Positions 31,031-41,094 of a DNA stretch of 64,000 nucleotides are shown in pieces. Where the stretch lies: assembly GCA_028096805.1 (NCBI GenBank), contig JAOHDU010000001.1, forward strand, positions 50,405 to 114,404, read 5' to 3'. Under the pieces are notes generated by a model, which was given only the letters and a program-made list of their open reading frames with translations, was not told where the DNA came from and did no database searches. The stretch comes from Pontimonas sp. (GTDB lineage: Bacteria; Actinomycetota; Actinomycetes; Actinomycetales; Microbacteriaceae). Each line of letters starts with the position of its first letter. Positions within the stretch are counted from its first letter, which is position 1. The translations under genes were made by a program, and so were the position numbers.

Positions 31031-32824
31031 TTACTCGAGGTAGTCGCGAAGAGCCTGTGATCGCGAGGGGTGCCGCAGTTTCGCCATCGTCTTGGACTCG
31101 ATTTGGCGGATCCGCTCCCGCGTCACGCCAAAAGTGTCACCGATCTGGTCCAGCGTCTTGGGCATGCCATCACCCAGACCAAAGCGCATCTTGATGACCC
31201 CTGCTTCCCGCTCGGAAAGCGACTCGAGGAGGCCTTCCAGTTGCCTTTGCAACATCGTGAAGCCCACAGCATCGGCCGGCACAACGGCCTCTGTGTCTTC
31301 AATGAGGTCGCCAAATTCACTATCGCCGTCTTCACCCAGTGGTGTGTGAAGCGAGATGGGTTCGCGACCATACTTCTGAACTTCGACAACCTTTTCCGGT
31401 GTCATATCCAGCTCGCGGGCCAACTCTTCCGGCGTGGGCTCGCGGCCCAAATCCTGGAGCATTTGTCGCTGAACCCGAGCAAGCTTGTTGATGACCTCCA
31501 CCATGTGCACGGGGATACGAATCGTCCGAGCCTGGTCGGCCATGGCACGCGTGATTGCCTGACGAATCCACCAGGTCGCATACGTCGAGAACTTGAAGCC
31601 TTTGGTGTAGTCGAACTTCTCCACCGCGCGGATCAAACCGAGGTTTCCCTCCTGGATCAGGTCCAGGAACTGCATTCCACGGCCGGTGTAGCGCTTTGCC
31701 AGCGAGACGACCAGGCGGAGGTTCGCGCCCAAAAGGTGGTTCTTAGCGCGCTGTCCGTCCTTGGTGATCTCAAAAAGTTCGCGCGAGAGCTTCGTGGTCT
31801 TCTGCGAGGCGGTCATACCCGAGAGCTTTTCCTCCGCGAAGAGACCCGCCTCGATGCGCAAGGCTAGTGACACCTCTTGCTCGGCGTTCAGCAGCGCGAC
31901 CTTACCGATTTGCTTCAGGTAATCCTTGACCGGGTCCGCCGTGGCACCCGTAATCGTGGTCGAAATGATGGGTGCATCGTCATCGTCGGTGCTAGAGAGA
32001 ACCAAAGCCCCTTGGGGAAGAGCAACGGCGGGCTTGTCGTCTTCTTCCTCGTCCACCAGTTCGACGGCGCCGGCAATAAGCTGCGCACCGAGGTTTTCTG
32101 CCACATCGTCTTTTACGGTCTCCACGACCGCGGGCGTTACCTCCGCAGATTCGGTTACCTCAGGCTTTGCCGCCGGGGCTTTTTTGGCAGGAGCTTTCTT
32201 TGCGGGAGTCTTGGCAGTGGGCGCTTTAGCCGCAGGAGCAGTCTTCTTCGCGGGTGCTGTCGCTGGTTTCTTAGCCGAAGCCGCCTTCGCGGGAGTCTTT
32301 TTGGCAGTGGCCGGCGTCTTCTTCGCGGGAGCAGCCTTTGCGGCAGGCTTTGCGGCAGGCTTTGACGCTGGCTTTTTCGCGGGGGTAGCCTTTGGAGCAG
32401 GCTTTGCAGCCGGCTTTTTCGCGGGAGCCTTAGCTGCGGGCGCAGCCTTTTTGGGTGCCGCCTTGGCAGCGGTCTTTGCCGCCGGAGCGGACTTTTTCGC
32501 TGCTGGCTTCGTTGCGCCAGCCTTTTTCGCGGGTGCCTTTACCGACTTCGCGGGTGCTGTCGCTGGCTTCTTGGCCGCAGCCAGCTTGGCGGGAGTTTTG
32601 GTTGCGGCTTTTTTCGCAGGGGCTTTTGCGCTGGTGGCGGGAGCCTTTGGCGCGGCTTTCTTGGTCGAAGCTTTTGTTGCCGGAGATGCGGGCTTTTTTG
32701 CAGGTGGAGTCACGGGTTGGGCGGGTGCTTTCTGGGGTTCGGGAGAGGTTTTCTTGGCGCGCCCGGTGAGTCTGTCAATCAACCGGGGCTTTTTTGCGGG
32801 TGCATCACCTGATGACTTCGCCAT
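31031..32824 (-). CDS. rpoD: Principal sigma factor RpoD/SigA with long Lys/Ala/Pro-rich N-terminus
   Basis: [53 protein letters not shown] 32824 with GGAG RBS. Confidence 0.97.
   Translation of the reverse strand: MAKSSGDAPAKKPRLIDRLTGRAKKTSPEPQKAPAQPVTPPAKKPASPATKASTKKAAPKAPATSAKAPAKKAATKTPAKLAAAKKPATAPAKSVKAPAKKAGATKPAAKKSAPAAKTAAKAAPKKAAPAAKAPAKKPAAKPAPKATPAKKPASKPAAKPAAKAAPAKKTPATAKKTPAKAASAKKPATAPAKKTAPAAKAPTAKTPAKKAPAKKAPAAKPEVTESAEVTPAVVETVKDDVAENLGAQLIAGAVELVDEEEDDKPAVALPQGALVLSSTDDDDAPIISTTITGATADPVKDYLKQIGKVALLNAEQEVSLALRIEAGLFAEEKLSGMTASQKTTKLSRELFEITKDGQRAKNHLLGANLRLVVSLAKRYTGRGMQFLDLIQEGNLGLIRAVEKFDYTKGFKFSTYATWWIRQAITRAMADQARTIRIPVHMVEVINKLARVQRQMLQDLGREPTPEELARELDMTPEKVVEVQKYGREPISLHTPLGEDGDSEFGDLIEDTEAVVPADAVGFTMLQRQLEGLLESLSEREAGVIKMRFGLGDGMPKTLDQIGDTFGVTRERIRQIESKTMAKLRHPSRSQALRDYLE
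32160..32790 (-). repeat. Low-complexity coding repeats (PAKKA/AAKKP-like) in rpoD
   Basis: Many imperfect PAKK/AAKP units in the translation. Confidence 0.9.
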
Positions 32825-32843
32825 GTCCTGCTCCACTCCTAGC

Positions 32844-32923
32844 GACGGGCAGTAAGAAGGCCCTTGTCAAGCCCTACCAACGTTAGCCGGTTGGGCCCCA
32901 CAGGGCTCCCTCTTAGTATGGCA
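32844..32923 (-). promoter_or_regulatory. rpoD promoter (extended -10) and structured 5' leader
   Basis: TGcCATACT at 32923-32915 followed by two hairpins before the RBS. Confidence 0.5.
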
Positions 32924-32967
32924 CGCCCTGCGCGCCTTTTCCTGCAACCAGAGGGGTGGCGCCGAAA

Positions 32968-33891
32968 CTAGCTCTCGGAGGGCTCCGACGCCCCGGGCTG
33001 ACGTTTGGCGAGGAAATCTTGCAGCTCCGAGGCAATCACATCGGCGCTCGGCACTTCACCATCAGCATCCGTCAGCGGCGACGGGATGGGGTTGTCTTCC
33101 ATGTACGAGTCGTGGCGCTTTTCCAGGGACGCGATCAGCTTTTCCAACTCCTGGTTGTCTTCGACCTGTTTTCCAATTCCGGTCAAGAACTCTCGACCTG
33201 CTTCGCGAAGCGAATCCGTCGGGAAGATCAGGCCGGTTGCCTTGGTCACGCTCTGCAGCGCGGTCACCGCGGCGTCCGGGAACTCGGTATCAGCAAGGTA
33301 GTGAGGAACCAGAACCACGAACCCAGCGGTGGGGTGATCTTGTTCCTGCAGTCGGTACTCAATCAAGTGCATCAACGTGCCGGGGACCCCGGTGGTGGGC
33401 CGCCACACCGACAGCGCATCAGTGACGTCCTCACGGTTGCCGCTCACGGTCACACCGAGACTTCGCGTGTGCGGAACGGGCATCGGGATGGCGTGCACCC
33501 AGCTACTGGTGGAGACTTCTAGGCGTGAAATCAGTCCCAGGATGGTCTGGGACATGGCCTCCCACCGGAAATCCGGTTCGTAGCCGGAGAGAAAAAGAAA
33601 AGGTTGGTCCAGCTCGTCGTGCACCAGTTCGAGGCTGAGCCTGGGTGGCTCGTACTCCGTGAGGTGAGTTTCCTCGAACTGAAAAAGTGGCCGTCTCGCC
33701 CGGTAATCGATCAGCTCATCATTGTTGAACGTACCCACCCGGGTGGATTCCAGTGCGTCAAGGAGGTACTTGTTCACCTGGGTGACAACACCACCGGCAT
33801 CCGCAAAACCGGTCAAACCTGCGACGAGGGGCAACCCCTTGGGCACCTCGGAGAGCTCTAGCGCTTCTCGAAACAACCGGTCATCGAACAT
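32968..33891 (-). CDS. PAC2 (proteasome assembly chaperone-like) family protein
   Basis: GFADAG, DELIDYRARRP, GYEPDFRWE, VPHYL, LEKRHD. Confidence 0.9.
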   Translation of the reverse strand: MFDDRLFREALELSEVPKGLPLVAGLTGFADAGGVVTQVNKYLLDALESTRVGTFNNDELIDYRARRPLFQFEETHLTEYEPPRLSLELVHDELDQPFLFLSGYEPDFRWEAMSQTILGLISRLEVSTSSWVHAIPMPVPHTRSLGVTVSGNREDVTDALSVWRPTTGVPGTLMHLIEYRLQEQDHPTAGFVVLVPHYLADTEFPDAAVTALQSVTKATGLIFPTDSLREAGREFLTGIGKQVEDNQELEKLIASLEKRHDSYMEDNPIPSPLTDADGEVPSADVIASELQDFLAKRQPGASEPSES

Positions 33892-33972
33892 GCTCCCCAC
33901 ACTATTGCTTACCGAGGACAATCCTGGGATTCTTCGCTCCCAGCGATACACCACGATGGCTAGCATGAGGGC

Positions 33973-35475
33973 ATGACGATTCCTGCACCTGAACTCCTCC
34001 CCACCCTCGATGATGTGGCTGCCGATGATTTGGTCGTGATCGGCCTTAGCAAGCACACCGATGGCCCCCAGGTAGCATCCAGCGCGCTCCCGGAGAGTGT
34101 CGCAGCGCTGTTGGCGGACGCCGCGGTCGCCATCGGGGCAGAAGGCGGAATGGATTCCACGTGGCGGGTACCCGCTCCGGCCGGCCTCTCCGCGAAAGGG
34201 GTCGTCCTGGTGGGCATGGGCGAAGAAGCCCCCACACCTGACACCTTGCGCGCAGTCGCCGGGTTTGCCGCTCAAAGCGTGAAGAAGCCTGAGCGTCTCG
34301 TGTTTGCGCTCGCGCACGACAACGCCATCGAGCGCGAAGCCATTTTGGAGGGCGCCATTCTTGGCTCGTATCGAACAGACAAGGTAACGGCGGACAAGAA
34401 AGACACGACGCCGCGTATCGCCCTGGTGGGAGAACTCACCGAGGAGAGCGTCTCGCGAATTGTGACCCAGTGCGAGGCCGTGTTTACGGTACGCAACCTC
34501 GTCACCACGCCGCCCAACATGTTGAACCCCGTCTCCTTTGTGAGCGAAGTCGAGAGGCTCGCCAAAGACACCACCCTGTCTGTCGAAATCCTGGATGAAA
34601 AGGAACTCGAAAAGCAGGGTTACGGCGGGATCACAGCGGTGGGAAAAGGCTCAATCAACCCGCCGCGCCTGATGATTCTTCGCCACCAGCCCGCCGACCC
34701 GTCGCGCCATGTGGCGCTGGTAGGCAAGGGCATCACTTTTGACTCCGGTGGTCTCTCGCTTAAGCCCCCGACAGCAATGGTGGGGATGAAATACGACATG
34801 ACGGGTGCTGCGGTTATGGCAGCGACCACGATCGCTGCTGCCCAGCTCGGATCTCCCGCTGCCATCACCACCTACCTGTGCCTTGCCGAAAATATGCCCA
34901 GCGGCACAGCCTCCAGGCCCAACGACGTCATCACCATCAAAGGCGGCAAAACGGTCGAAATCCTGAACACGGATGCCGAAGGGCGCCTCGTTATGGCTGA
35001 CGGCTTGCAGGCAGCAAGCGCCCTCAACCCCGACCTCATCGTGGACGCCGCCACCCTGACGGGAGCCGCGCGCATTGCGCTGGGAGAACGCTATGCCGGT
35101 CTGATGGGCTCCGCTGAGGCGACAGCCCAGATCCAGGCCGCAGCCGCCGAGGCCGGCGAGCTGGTGTGGGCGATGCCGTTGCCTCCGGAACTCCGAACGA
35201 TTCTCAATTCGGATGTCGCCGATATTGCCAACGTGAAACCCGGCGAGGTGCTCGGTGGAATGTTGAGTGCCGGCCAGTTCCTCAAAGACTTTGTCGGCAC
35301 GAACGACGAGGGTGAAGATATTCCTTGGGCTCACCTCGATATTGCGGGCCCAGCCGCCAACTCGTCCGGGCCTTATGGCTACACCCCGAAGGGTCCCACG
35401 GGGGCCATCACACGCACGCTGATTTCGCTGGTGATGTCCGCCAATACCCCTGGTGGCGACCCCGCGGGACAGTAG
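33973..35475 (+). CDS. pepA: Leucyl aminopeptidase (M17)
   Basis: VGKGITFDSGG, MKYDMTG, NTDAEGRL, HLDIAG. Confidence 0.96.
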   Translation: MTIPAPELLPTLDDVAADDLVVIGLSKHTDGPQVASSALPESVAALLADAAVAIGAEGGMDSTWRVPAPAGLSAKGVVLVGMGEEAPTPDTLRAVAGFAAQSVKKPERLVFALAHDNAIEREAILEGAILGSYRTDKVTADKKDTTPRIALVGELTEESVSRIVTQCEAVFTVRNLVTTPPNMLNPVSFVSEVERLAKDTTLSVEILDEKELEKQGYGGITAVGKGSINPPRLMILRHQPADPSRHVALVGKGITFDSGGLSLKPPTAMVGMKYDMTGAAVMAATTIAAAQLGSPAAITTYLCLAENMPSGTASRPNDVITIKGGKTVEILNTDAEGRLVMADGLQAASALNPDLIVDAATLTGAARIALGERYAGLMGSAEATAQIQAAAAEAGELVWAMPLPPELRTILNSDVADIANVKPGEVLGGMLSAGQFLKDFVGTNDEGEDIPWAHLDIAGPAANSSGPYGYTPKGPTGAITRTLISLVMSANTPGGDPAGQ

Positions 35476-35551
35476 TAGGCTGGGGGTTCGCGCCCCGTGC
35501 ACTGTCTCGGGCCCGGCATTCCAGATTTACCTGTGAGGGAGTTTTCAACCT

Positions 35552-36925
35552 GTGGCTGAGCACACTTTTGACCTTGTCATCCTCGGCGCCGGAAGTGGGG
35601 GCTACGCAGCGGCACTGCGGGCAAGCCAACTCGGCATGAGTGTAGGGCTCATCGAAAAGGACAAAGTCGGCGGAACCTGCTTGCACGTCGGGTGTATCCC
35701 CACGAAAGCGCTCCTGCACGCCGCCGAGGTCGCTGACTCAGCACGTCATTCGGACATGTTTGGTGTGCGCACCACCCTCGAGGGTGTCGACCTCCCTGCG
35801 GTGAACACCTACCGCGACGGGATTGTGGCCTCCAAGCACAAGGGGCTGCAGGGTCTGATCAAGGCTCGCGGTATCACCACCATTGAGGGAACCGGGAAGC
35901 TGATTTCTTCCACGACCGTTCAGGTGGGCGAGGACACCGTGGTCGGCAAGAACGTTGTTTTGGCGACAGGTTCCTACCCGAAGTCCTTACCGGGTCTCGA
36001 GATTTCTGGCCGAATTATCACCTCAGAGCAGGCACTGGCGATGGACTGGATCCCCAACAAGGTTATTGTTCTGGGCGGTGGCGTCATCGGGGTTGAGTTT
36101 GCGAGCGTGTGGCGCTCGTTTGGCTCCGAGGTGACCATCGTGGAGGGTCTCCCCCACCTGGTTCCCGCTGAGGACGAATCGATTTCGAAACAGTTTGAGC
36201 GCGCCTACCGTAAACGCGGCATCAATTTCCACGTGGGTAAGCGCTTCCAGTCCGCCACCCAGGATGATTCTGGGGTCACCGTGACGCTGGAGGATGGCAC
36301 CGTGGAAACGGGCGACATTCTCTTGGTCGCTGTGGGCCGCGGCCCGAAGACGGAGGGCATGGGGTATGAAGACGTCGGCGTGGAAATGGATCGCGGTTAC
36401 GTTTTGACCGACGAGCGTCTGCGCACGAATGTTCCCGGAGTTTTTGCCGTCGGCGACATCGTGCCGGGTATCCAGCTCGCTCACCGCGGTTTTCAGCACG
36501 GAATTTTTGTCGCCGAGGAGCTTGCTGGCCTGAACCCCATGGTGGTCTCTGACCGGAACATCCCGAAGGTGACCTACTCCGAGCCCGAGGTGGCCTCGGT
36601 GGGCTTCTCCGAGAAGGACGCCACGGCAGAGTTTGGCGCCGAGGGTATTGCCGTTTATGACTACAACCTCGCCGGTAACGGCAAGAGTCACATCCTCGAA
36701 ACTGCCGGATCGATTAAGGTCATCCGCCAGGTCGAGGGCCCCATCATCGGAGTACACATGATCGGCGCCCGCGTGGGTGAGCTGATTGGTGAAGCCCAGG
36801 TTGCCGTCAACTGGGATGCTTACCCCGAGGATGTTGCTCCCCTGCTCCACGCACACCCCACCCAGAACGAAGCACTCGGAGAGGCTTTCCTGGCGATCGC
36901 CGGTAAACCCCTCCACGCGCTCTAA
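35552..36925 (+). CDS. lpdA: Dihydrolipoamide dehydrogenase (E3)
   Basis: GAGSGG, GGTCLHVGCIPTK, HAHPTQNE. Confidence 0.97.
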   Translation: MAEHTFDLVILGAGSGGYAAALRASQLGMSVGLIEKDKVGGTCLHVGCIPTKALLHAAEVADSARHSDMFGVRTTLEGVDLPAVNTYRDGIVASKHKGLQGLIKARGITTIEGTGKLISSTTVQVGEDTVVGKNVVLATGSYPKSLPGLEISGRIITSEQALAMDWIPNKVIVLGGGVIGVEFASVWRSFGSEVTIVEGLPHLVPAEDESISKQFERAYRKRGINFHVGKRFQSATQDDSGVTVTLEDGTVETGDILLVAVGRGPKTEGMGYEDVGVEMDRGYVLTDERLRTNVPGVFAVGDIVPGIQLAHRGFQHGIFVAEELAGLNPMVVSDRNIPKVTYSEPEVASVGFSEKDATAEFGAEGIAVYDYNLAGNGKSHILETAGSIKVIRQVEGPIIGVHMIGARVGELIGEAQVAVNWDAYPEDVAPLLHAHPTQNEALGEAFLAIAGKPLHAL

Positions 36926-36967
36926 ACATCAAACGAGACACCTAACTCTCAAAAGGAGACACTCGAG

Positions 36968-38392
36968 ATGAGTCAAGAAGTAAACCTGCCAGCGCTCGGA
37001 GAGAGCGTCACCGAGGGCACCGTCACTCGCTGGCTGAAGCAAGTCGGCGACAGTGTTGCTGTGGACGAGCCGATCGTCGAAATTTCCACCGACAAGGTGG
37101 ACACTGAGATTCCTTCGCCCGTGGCGGGCGTCGTTGAGGCCATTCTTGTGGCCGAAGACGACACCGTCGAGGTTGGAGCGCCTCTCGTTCGCATCGGAGA
37201 TGGCAGCGGTGCGGCCGCCGCCCCGGCGGAGGCACCAGTCGTTGACAGCGCACCTCCAGCAGCCGCCGCGGAACCAGCACCGACTGAACCCGCCGCACCT
37301 GCCGCTCCCGAGGCACCCGTGGCACCACCAGCTCCCGCTGCAGCGCCGGTAGCAGCACCTGTCGCTCCTGCACCACCCGCGGCTCCCGCGCCGGCAGCAG
37401 CTCCTGCGCCACCTGCCGCTCCGCCAGCGCCGCCTGCGCCCGAGCCTGCCCCGGCCGCAGCACCCAGCATCCCGCCGGCGATGCCGGCGGGCACCCGCGC
37501 GATGCCCTACGTCACACCGATTGTCCGCAAGCTCGCCCACGATCACGGGGTCAACCTCGACACGGTCACCGGAACCGGTGTCGGTGGGCGAATTCGCAAG
37601 GAAGACATCATCGCTGCTGCTTCGGGTGGTAGCGCTCCAGCAGCAGTCGCCGCCCCCGTCACGGTGGAGGCCTCACCTTTGCGCGGAACTAACGTGCCCA
37701 TGAGCCGCCTGCGCAAGGTCATTGCCGAGCGCGCAGTGGCTTCCATGCAGCAAACCGCTCAACTCACCACCGTCGTCGAAGTAGATGTCACAGAAATCGC
37801 CGAACTGCGCACCGCAGTGAAGGACCAATTCCTCACCTCGACCGGACACAAGCTGAGCTTCATGCCTTTCTTCGTGAAGGCGGCCGCGGAAGCTCTCCGC
37901 GTGTTCCCCATCATCAACGCCGTGGTGGAGGGTGAGACCATCACCTACCCGGCGACGGAGAACATTTCGATCGCCGTCGACACGGAGCGCGGCCTGCTCA
38001 CCCCGGTTCTGAAGAACGCGGGTGAGAAAAACATCGCCGCCATTGCCGGCGATATCGCGGACCTTGCTGAGCGCACCCGCACCAACCAACTCAGTCCCGA
38101 CGAGTTGGCTGGTGGCACGTTCACGCTGACCAATACCGGATCTCGTGGGGCATTGTTTGACACCCCCGTGGTCTTCCTGCCGCAAGTGGCGATCCTGGGA
38201 ACGGGAATTGTTCAGAAAAAGCCCGTTGTGGTCACCCACAACGGAGACGATTCGATTGCGATTCGCCACACCGTGTACCTGGCGCTCTCTTACGACCACC
38301 GAATCGTTGACGGTGCGGACGCAGCGCGTTTCCTCACCATGGTCAAAGACCGCCTGGAGGCAGGCGACTTCGACGCTGACCTAGGAATGTAG
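36968..38392 (+). CDS. sucB: Dihydrolipoamide acyltransferase E2 (DlaT/SucB), single lipoyl domain
   Basis: Lipoyl STDKVDTE, Pro/Ala linker, E3-binding domain, DHRIVDGA. Confidence 0.93.
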   Translation: MSQEVNLPALGESVTEGTVTRWLKQVGDSVAVDEPIVEISTDKVDTEIPSPVAGVVEAILVAEDDTVEVGAPLVRIGDGSGAAAAPAEAPVVDSAPPAAAAEPAPTEPAAPAAPEAPVAPPAPAAAPVAAPVAPAPPAAPAPAAAPAPPAAPPAPPAPEPAPAAAPSIPPAMPAGTRAMPYVTPIVRKLAHDHGVNLDTVTGTGVGGRIRKEDIIAAASGGSAPAAVAAPVTVEASPLRGTNVPMSRLRKVIAERAVASMQQTAQLTTVVEVDVTEIAELRTAVKDQFLTSTGHKLSFMPFFVKAAAEALRVFPIINAVVEGETITYPATENISIAVDTERGLLTPVLKNAGEKNIAAIAGDIADLAERTRTNQLSPDELAGGTFTLTNTGSRGALFDTPVVFLPQVAILGTGIVQKKPVVVTHNGDDSIAIRHTVYLALSYDHRIVDGADAARFLTMVKDRLEAGDFDADLGM

Positions 38393-38394
38393 CG

Positions 38395-39099
38395 ATGGCA
38401 GATAAGAAAAAAGCAGAGAAAGAGCCCGGCCGGATTAAGCAGCTGTGGCAGGTTTTCAACCTGACCCGCAAAACGGACAAAGCTCTGGTGCCGGTCATGC
38501 TGCTCACCTTCCTGGCGCCACTGGCAGCCGGTATCGGGGTTGGGGTGACTTTCAACAACGGCAGCATTCTCACGATGGTGTTGTACATCACGACCGGAGT
38601 GTTGCTCTCCGTGCTGTTGACGCTGATTATCTTGGGCCAGCGCGCCGAAAAAACCGCCTACAAAGAAATCTCCGGGAAGCCCGGTGCTGTTGGTGCCGTG
38701 CTGCGTAGCGCCCTTCGTCGCACCTGGCAGGCCAGCGAATTCCCGGTCGCCGTCAACCCCCGCACCCAAGAAGCCGTCTACCGCGCGGTGGGTAAGCCCG
38801 GAGTGGTCCTGATCGCCGAGGGCTCCCCGGCAAAAACGAAAAAGATGTTGGAAGATGAACGCCGCTCGGTGTTACGCGCGGTTCCCGAGATTTCTGTGCA
38901 CTTCATCCAGGTGGGAACAGACCTCGGGCAAACGCCGCTCTACAAGCTCAACAAGACGATGAAGTCGCTCAAGAACTCCCTGCGAAAGGCAGAGGTCCTT
39001 GCGGTGTCACACCGGCTGACGTCTCTCTCCAAAGGCAATTCGATGCCCATTCCTAAAGGCATGGACCCCTCAAAAGTCCGCGCTCCCAAACCTCGCTAG
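38395..39099 (+). CDS. DUF4191 family membrane protein
   Basis: GKPGAVGAVL, VYRAVGKPGVVL, PIPKGMDP. Confidence 0.88.
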   Translation: MADKKKAEKEPGRIKQLWQVFNLTRKTDKALVPVMLLTFLAPLAAGIGVGVTFNNGSILTMVLYITTGVLLSVLLTLIILGQRAEKTAYKEISGKPGAVGAVLRSALRRTWQASEFPVAVNPRTQEAVYRAVGKPGVVLIAEGSPAKTKKMLEDERRSVLRAVPEISVHFIQVGTDLGQTPLYKLNKTMKSLKNSLRKAEVLAVSHRLTSLSKGNSMPIPKGMDPSKVRAPKPR

Positions 39100-39491
39100 C
39101 GCACGACGAGGATAGTTCCCACCAATCGGTCGTGGAGACCTCGCATGTCGGCATCGACAAGAATCGCGGGGATGACGAGCGCGATCAGGAGCGGCCGAAC
39201 CACCGGTGCGAGTACTCCCAGCGCCCCGCCCTTGATGGGGGCGATACGGATGCGGGCTACCAGATGTCCCGGGGAACCCGCAATCAGTAGGCCACCGAGC
39301 ACGTTTGCACCAATGAACACCAGCAGTGTGGCAAACCCATCAGCATCGAAAAACAGCGCTGAAATAACCCAGGCCAGAGCCCAATCGACCGCGAGCCCGA
39401 GCACCCTTCGGAGGTAGGTGGGGGTAGACCGTGGTCCATCCATCGGTAACCCAAATTGCTTTCCCGGCCAGGCGTCCTCAGAGGTGCTCAC
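39096..39491 (-). CDS. RDD family membrane protein
   Basis: [10 protein letters not shown] and [10 protein letters not shown]. Divergent from glnA. Confidence 0.88.
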   Translation of the reverse strand: MSTSEDAWPGKQFGLPMDGPRSTPTYLRRVLGLAVDWALAWVISALFFDADGFATLLVFIGANVLGGLLIAGSPGHLVARIRIAPIKGGALGVLAPVVRPLLIALVIPAILVDADMRGLHDRLVGTILVVR

Positions 39492-39510
39492 CCCACCAGT
39501 CTAGGAGGGC

Positions 39511-39537
39511 GTAACACGGTGGAAACATTGCGGGAAC
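39511..39537 (+). promoter_or_regulatory. GlnR box upstream of glnA
   Basis: GTAAC-N6-GAAAC-N6-GGAAC, a close match to the gTnAc-n6-GaAAc consensus. Confidence 0.75.
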
Positions 39538-39620
39538 CCAGGCTTAATTGCCATCGCTTAGCCTGGAGCCAGCTCCGAAACCTCGGCGCCCTCCATCCCA
39601 CGAATTCAGGAGTGAACACC

Positions 39621-41045
39621 ATGTTCAAAGATTCCTCGGAAGTACTGGCGTACATCAAGAAAAATGACGTCAAATTCCTCGACATCCGCTTCACCGACCT
39701 TCCCGGTGTGCAGCAGCACTTCAACATCCCCGCCGCTTCAGTGGACGAAGAGTTTTTCACTGTCGGCCAGCTGTTTGATGGTTCCTCCATCCGCGGCTTC
39801 CAGCAGATTCACGAATCCGACCTGCAGTTGATCCCCGATGTCACCAGCGCCTACATGGACCCCTTCCGCGATGAGTCCACGCTGATCATGGTGTTTGACA
39901 TCTACAACCCACGCAACGGCGAAATTTACAGCCGTGACCCCCGCCAGGTCGCACACAAGGCCGAGAAGTATCTCGCCAGCACCGGCATTGCCGACACGGC
40001 CTTCTTTGCCCCCGAAGCCGAGTTCTACATCTTCGATGACGTGCGCTACGACGTTCGTCAGAACCGCAGCTTCTACGAGGTGGACTCGATTGAGGGCGCC
40101 TGGAACACCGGTCGTAACGAAGAGGGCGGCAACCTTGCCAACAAGACCCCCTACAAGGGCGGCTACTTCCCCGTCAGCCCCATCGATCACTTCGCCGACC
40201 TGCGCGATGACATCTGCCTGAAGCTTGCCGAGGCAGGTCTGATTGTGGAGCGCTCGCACCACGAGGTGGGTACTGCCGGTCAGGGAGAAATCAACTACCG
40301 CTTTGACACGATGGTTCGCTCGGCGGATGACATCCTGAAGTTCAAGTACATCGTCAAAAACACCGCTCTGCAGTGGGGCAAGACCGCAACCTTCATGCCG
40401 AAGCCTCTGATGGGTGACAACGGCTCCGGGATGCACACCCACCAGTCACTTTGGAACGACGGCAAACCACTGTTCTATGACGAGGCCGGTTACGGCGGTC
40501 TGAGCGACATTGCCCGTTGGTACATCGGGGGAATCCTGAAGCACGCTCCGGCACTGCTGGCATTCACGAACCCCAGCCTCAACAGCTACCACCGCCTGGT
40601 GGCAGGGTTCGAAGCACCGATCAACCTGGTCTACTCGGCAGGTAACCGATCGGCTGCCGTCCGTATCCCGATCACGGGAACCAACCCAAAGGCTAAGCGC
40701 ATCGAATTCCGCGCACCAGACGCCTCCGGTAACCCCTACCTCGCGTTCGCCGCTCAGATGATGGCTGGCCTTGATGGCATCCAGAACAAAATCGAGCCCC
40801 ACGAGCCGGTGGATAAGGACCTCTACGAGCTGCCTCCCGAGGAAGCAGCCGCCATCCCTCAGCTTCCGACCTCACTGGAGGCCGCACTGGAGGCTCTCGA
40901 AGCAGACCACGAGTTCTTGACCAAGGGTGGCGTGTTTACGCCGGACCTCATCGAGAACTGGGTTGCGATGAAGCGTGAGAACGAGATTGCGCCGATGGCG
41001 CAGCGCCCTCACCCCTTCGAATACGAGCTGTACTTCAGCGTCTAA
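39621..41045 (+). CDS. glnA: Glutamine synthetase type I-beta
   Basis: [25 protein letters not shown], adenylylation site DKDLYEL. AGGAG RBS. Confidence 0.97.
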   Translation: MFKDSSEVLAYIKKNDVKFLDIRFTDLPGVQQHFNIPAASVDEEFFTVGQLFDGSSIRGFQQIHESDLQLIPDVTSAYMDPFRDESTLIMVFDIYNPRNGEIYSRDPRQVAHKAEKYLASTGIADTAFFAPEAEFYIFDDVRYDVRQNRSFYEVDSIEGAWNTGRNEEGGNLANKTPYKGGYFPVSPIDHFADLRDDICLKLAEAGLIVERSHHEVGTAGQGEINYRFDTMVRSADDILKFKYIVKNTALQWGKTATFMPKPLMGDNGSGMHTHQSLWNDGKPLFYDEAGYGGLSDIARWYIGGILKHAPALLAFTNPSLNSYHRLVAGFEAPINLVYSAGNRSAAVRIPITGTNPKAKRIEFRAPDASGNPYLAFAAQMMAGLDGIQNKIEPHEPVDKDLYELPPEEAAAIPQLPTSLEAALEALEADHEFLTKGGVFTPDLIENWVAMKRENEIAPMAQRPHPFEYELYFSV

Positions 41046-41056
41046 ATTCGAACCTT

Positions 41057-41090
41057 CTGGCGGGTCCTATCGTGGGATGGGGCCCGCCAG
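41057..41090. terminator. Hairpin between convergent glnA and glnE
   Basis: CTGGCGGGTCCTATC-GTGG-GATGGGGCCCGCCAG, a 15-bp stem with G-U pairs. Confidence 0.75.
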
Positions 41091-41094
41091 TTCG

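Noticed and set aside
31926-32855. 309-aa Ala/Gly/Phe-rich + strand ORF that looks like a membrane protein
   Set aside because: It is the reverse complement of the rpoD PAKK repeats.
33892-34317. Extended PAC2 ORF
   Set aside because: Overlaps pepA on the opposite strand. The family sequence begins near ATG 33891.
37200-37500. GC-rich repetitive tract as a possible array or CRISPR
   Set aside because: Encodes the ordinary Pro/Ala linker of E2. There are no identical repeats with spacers.
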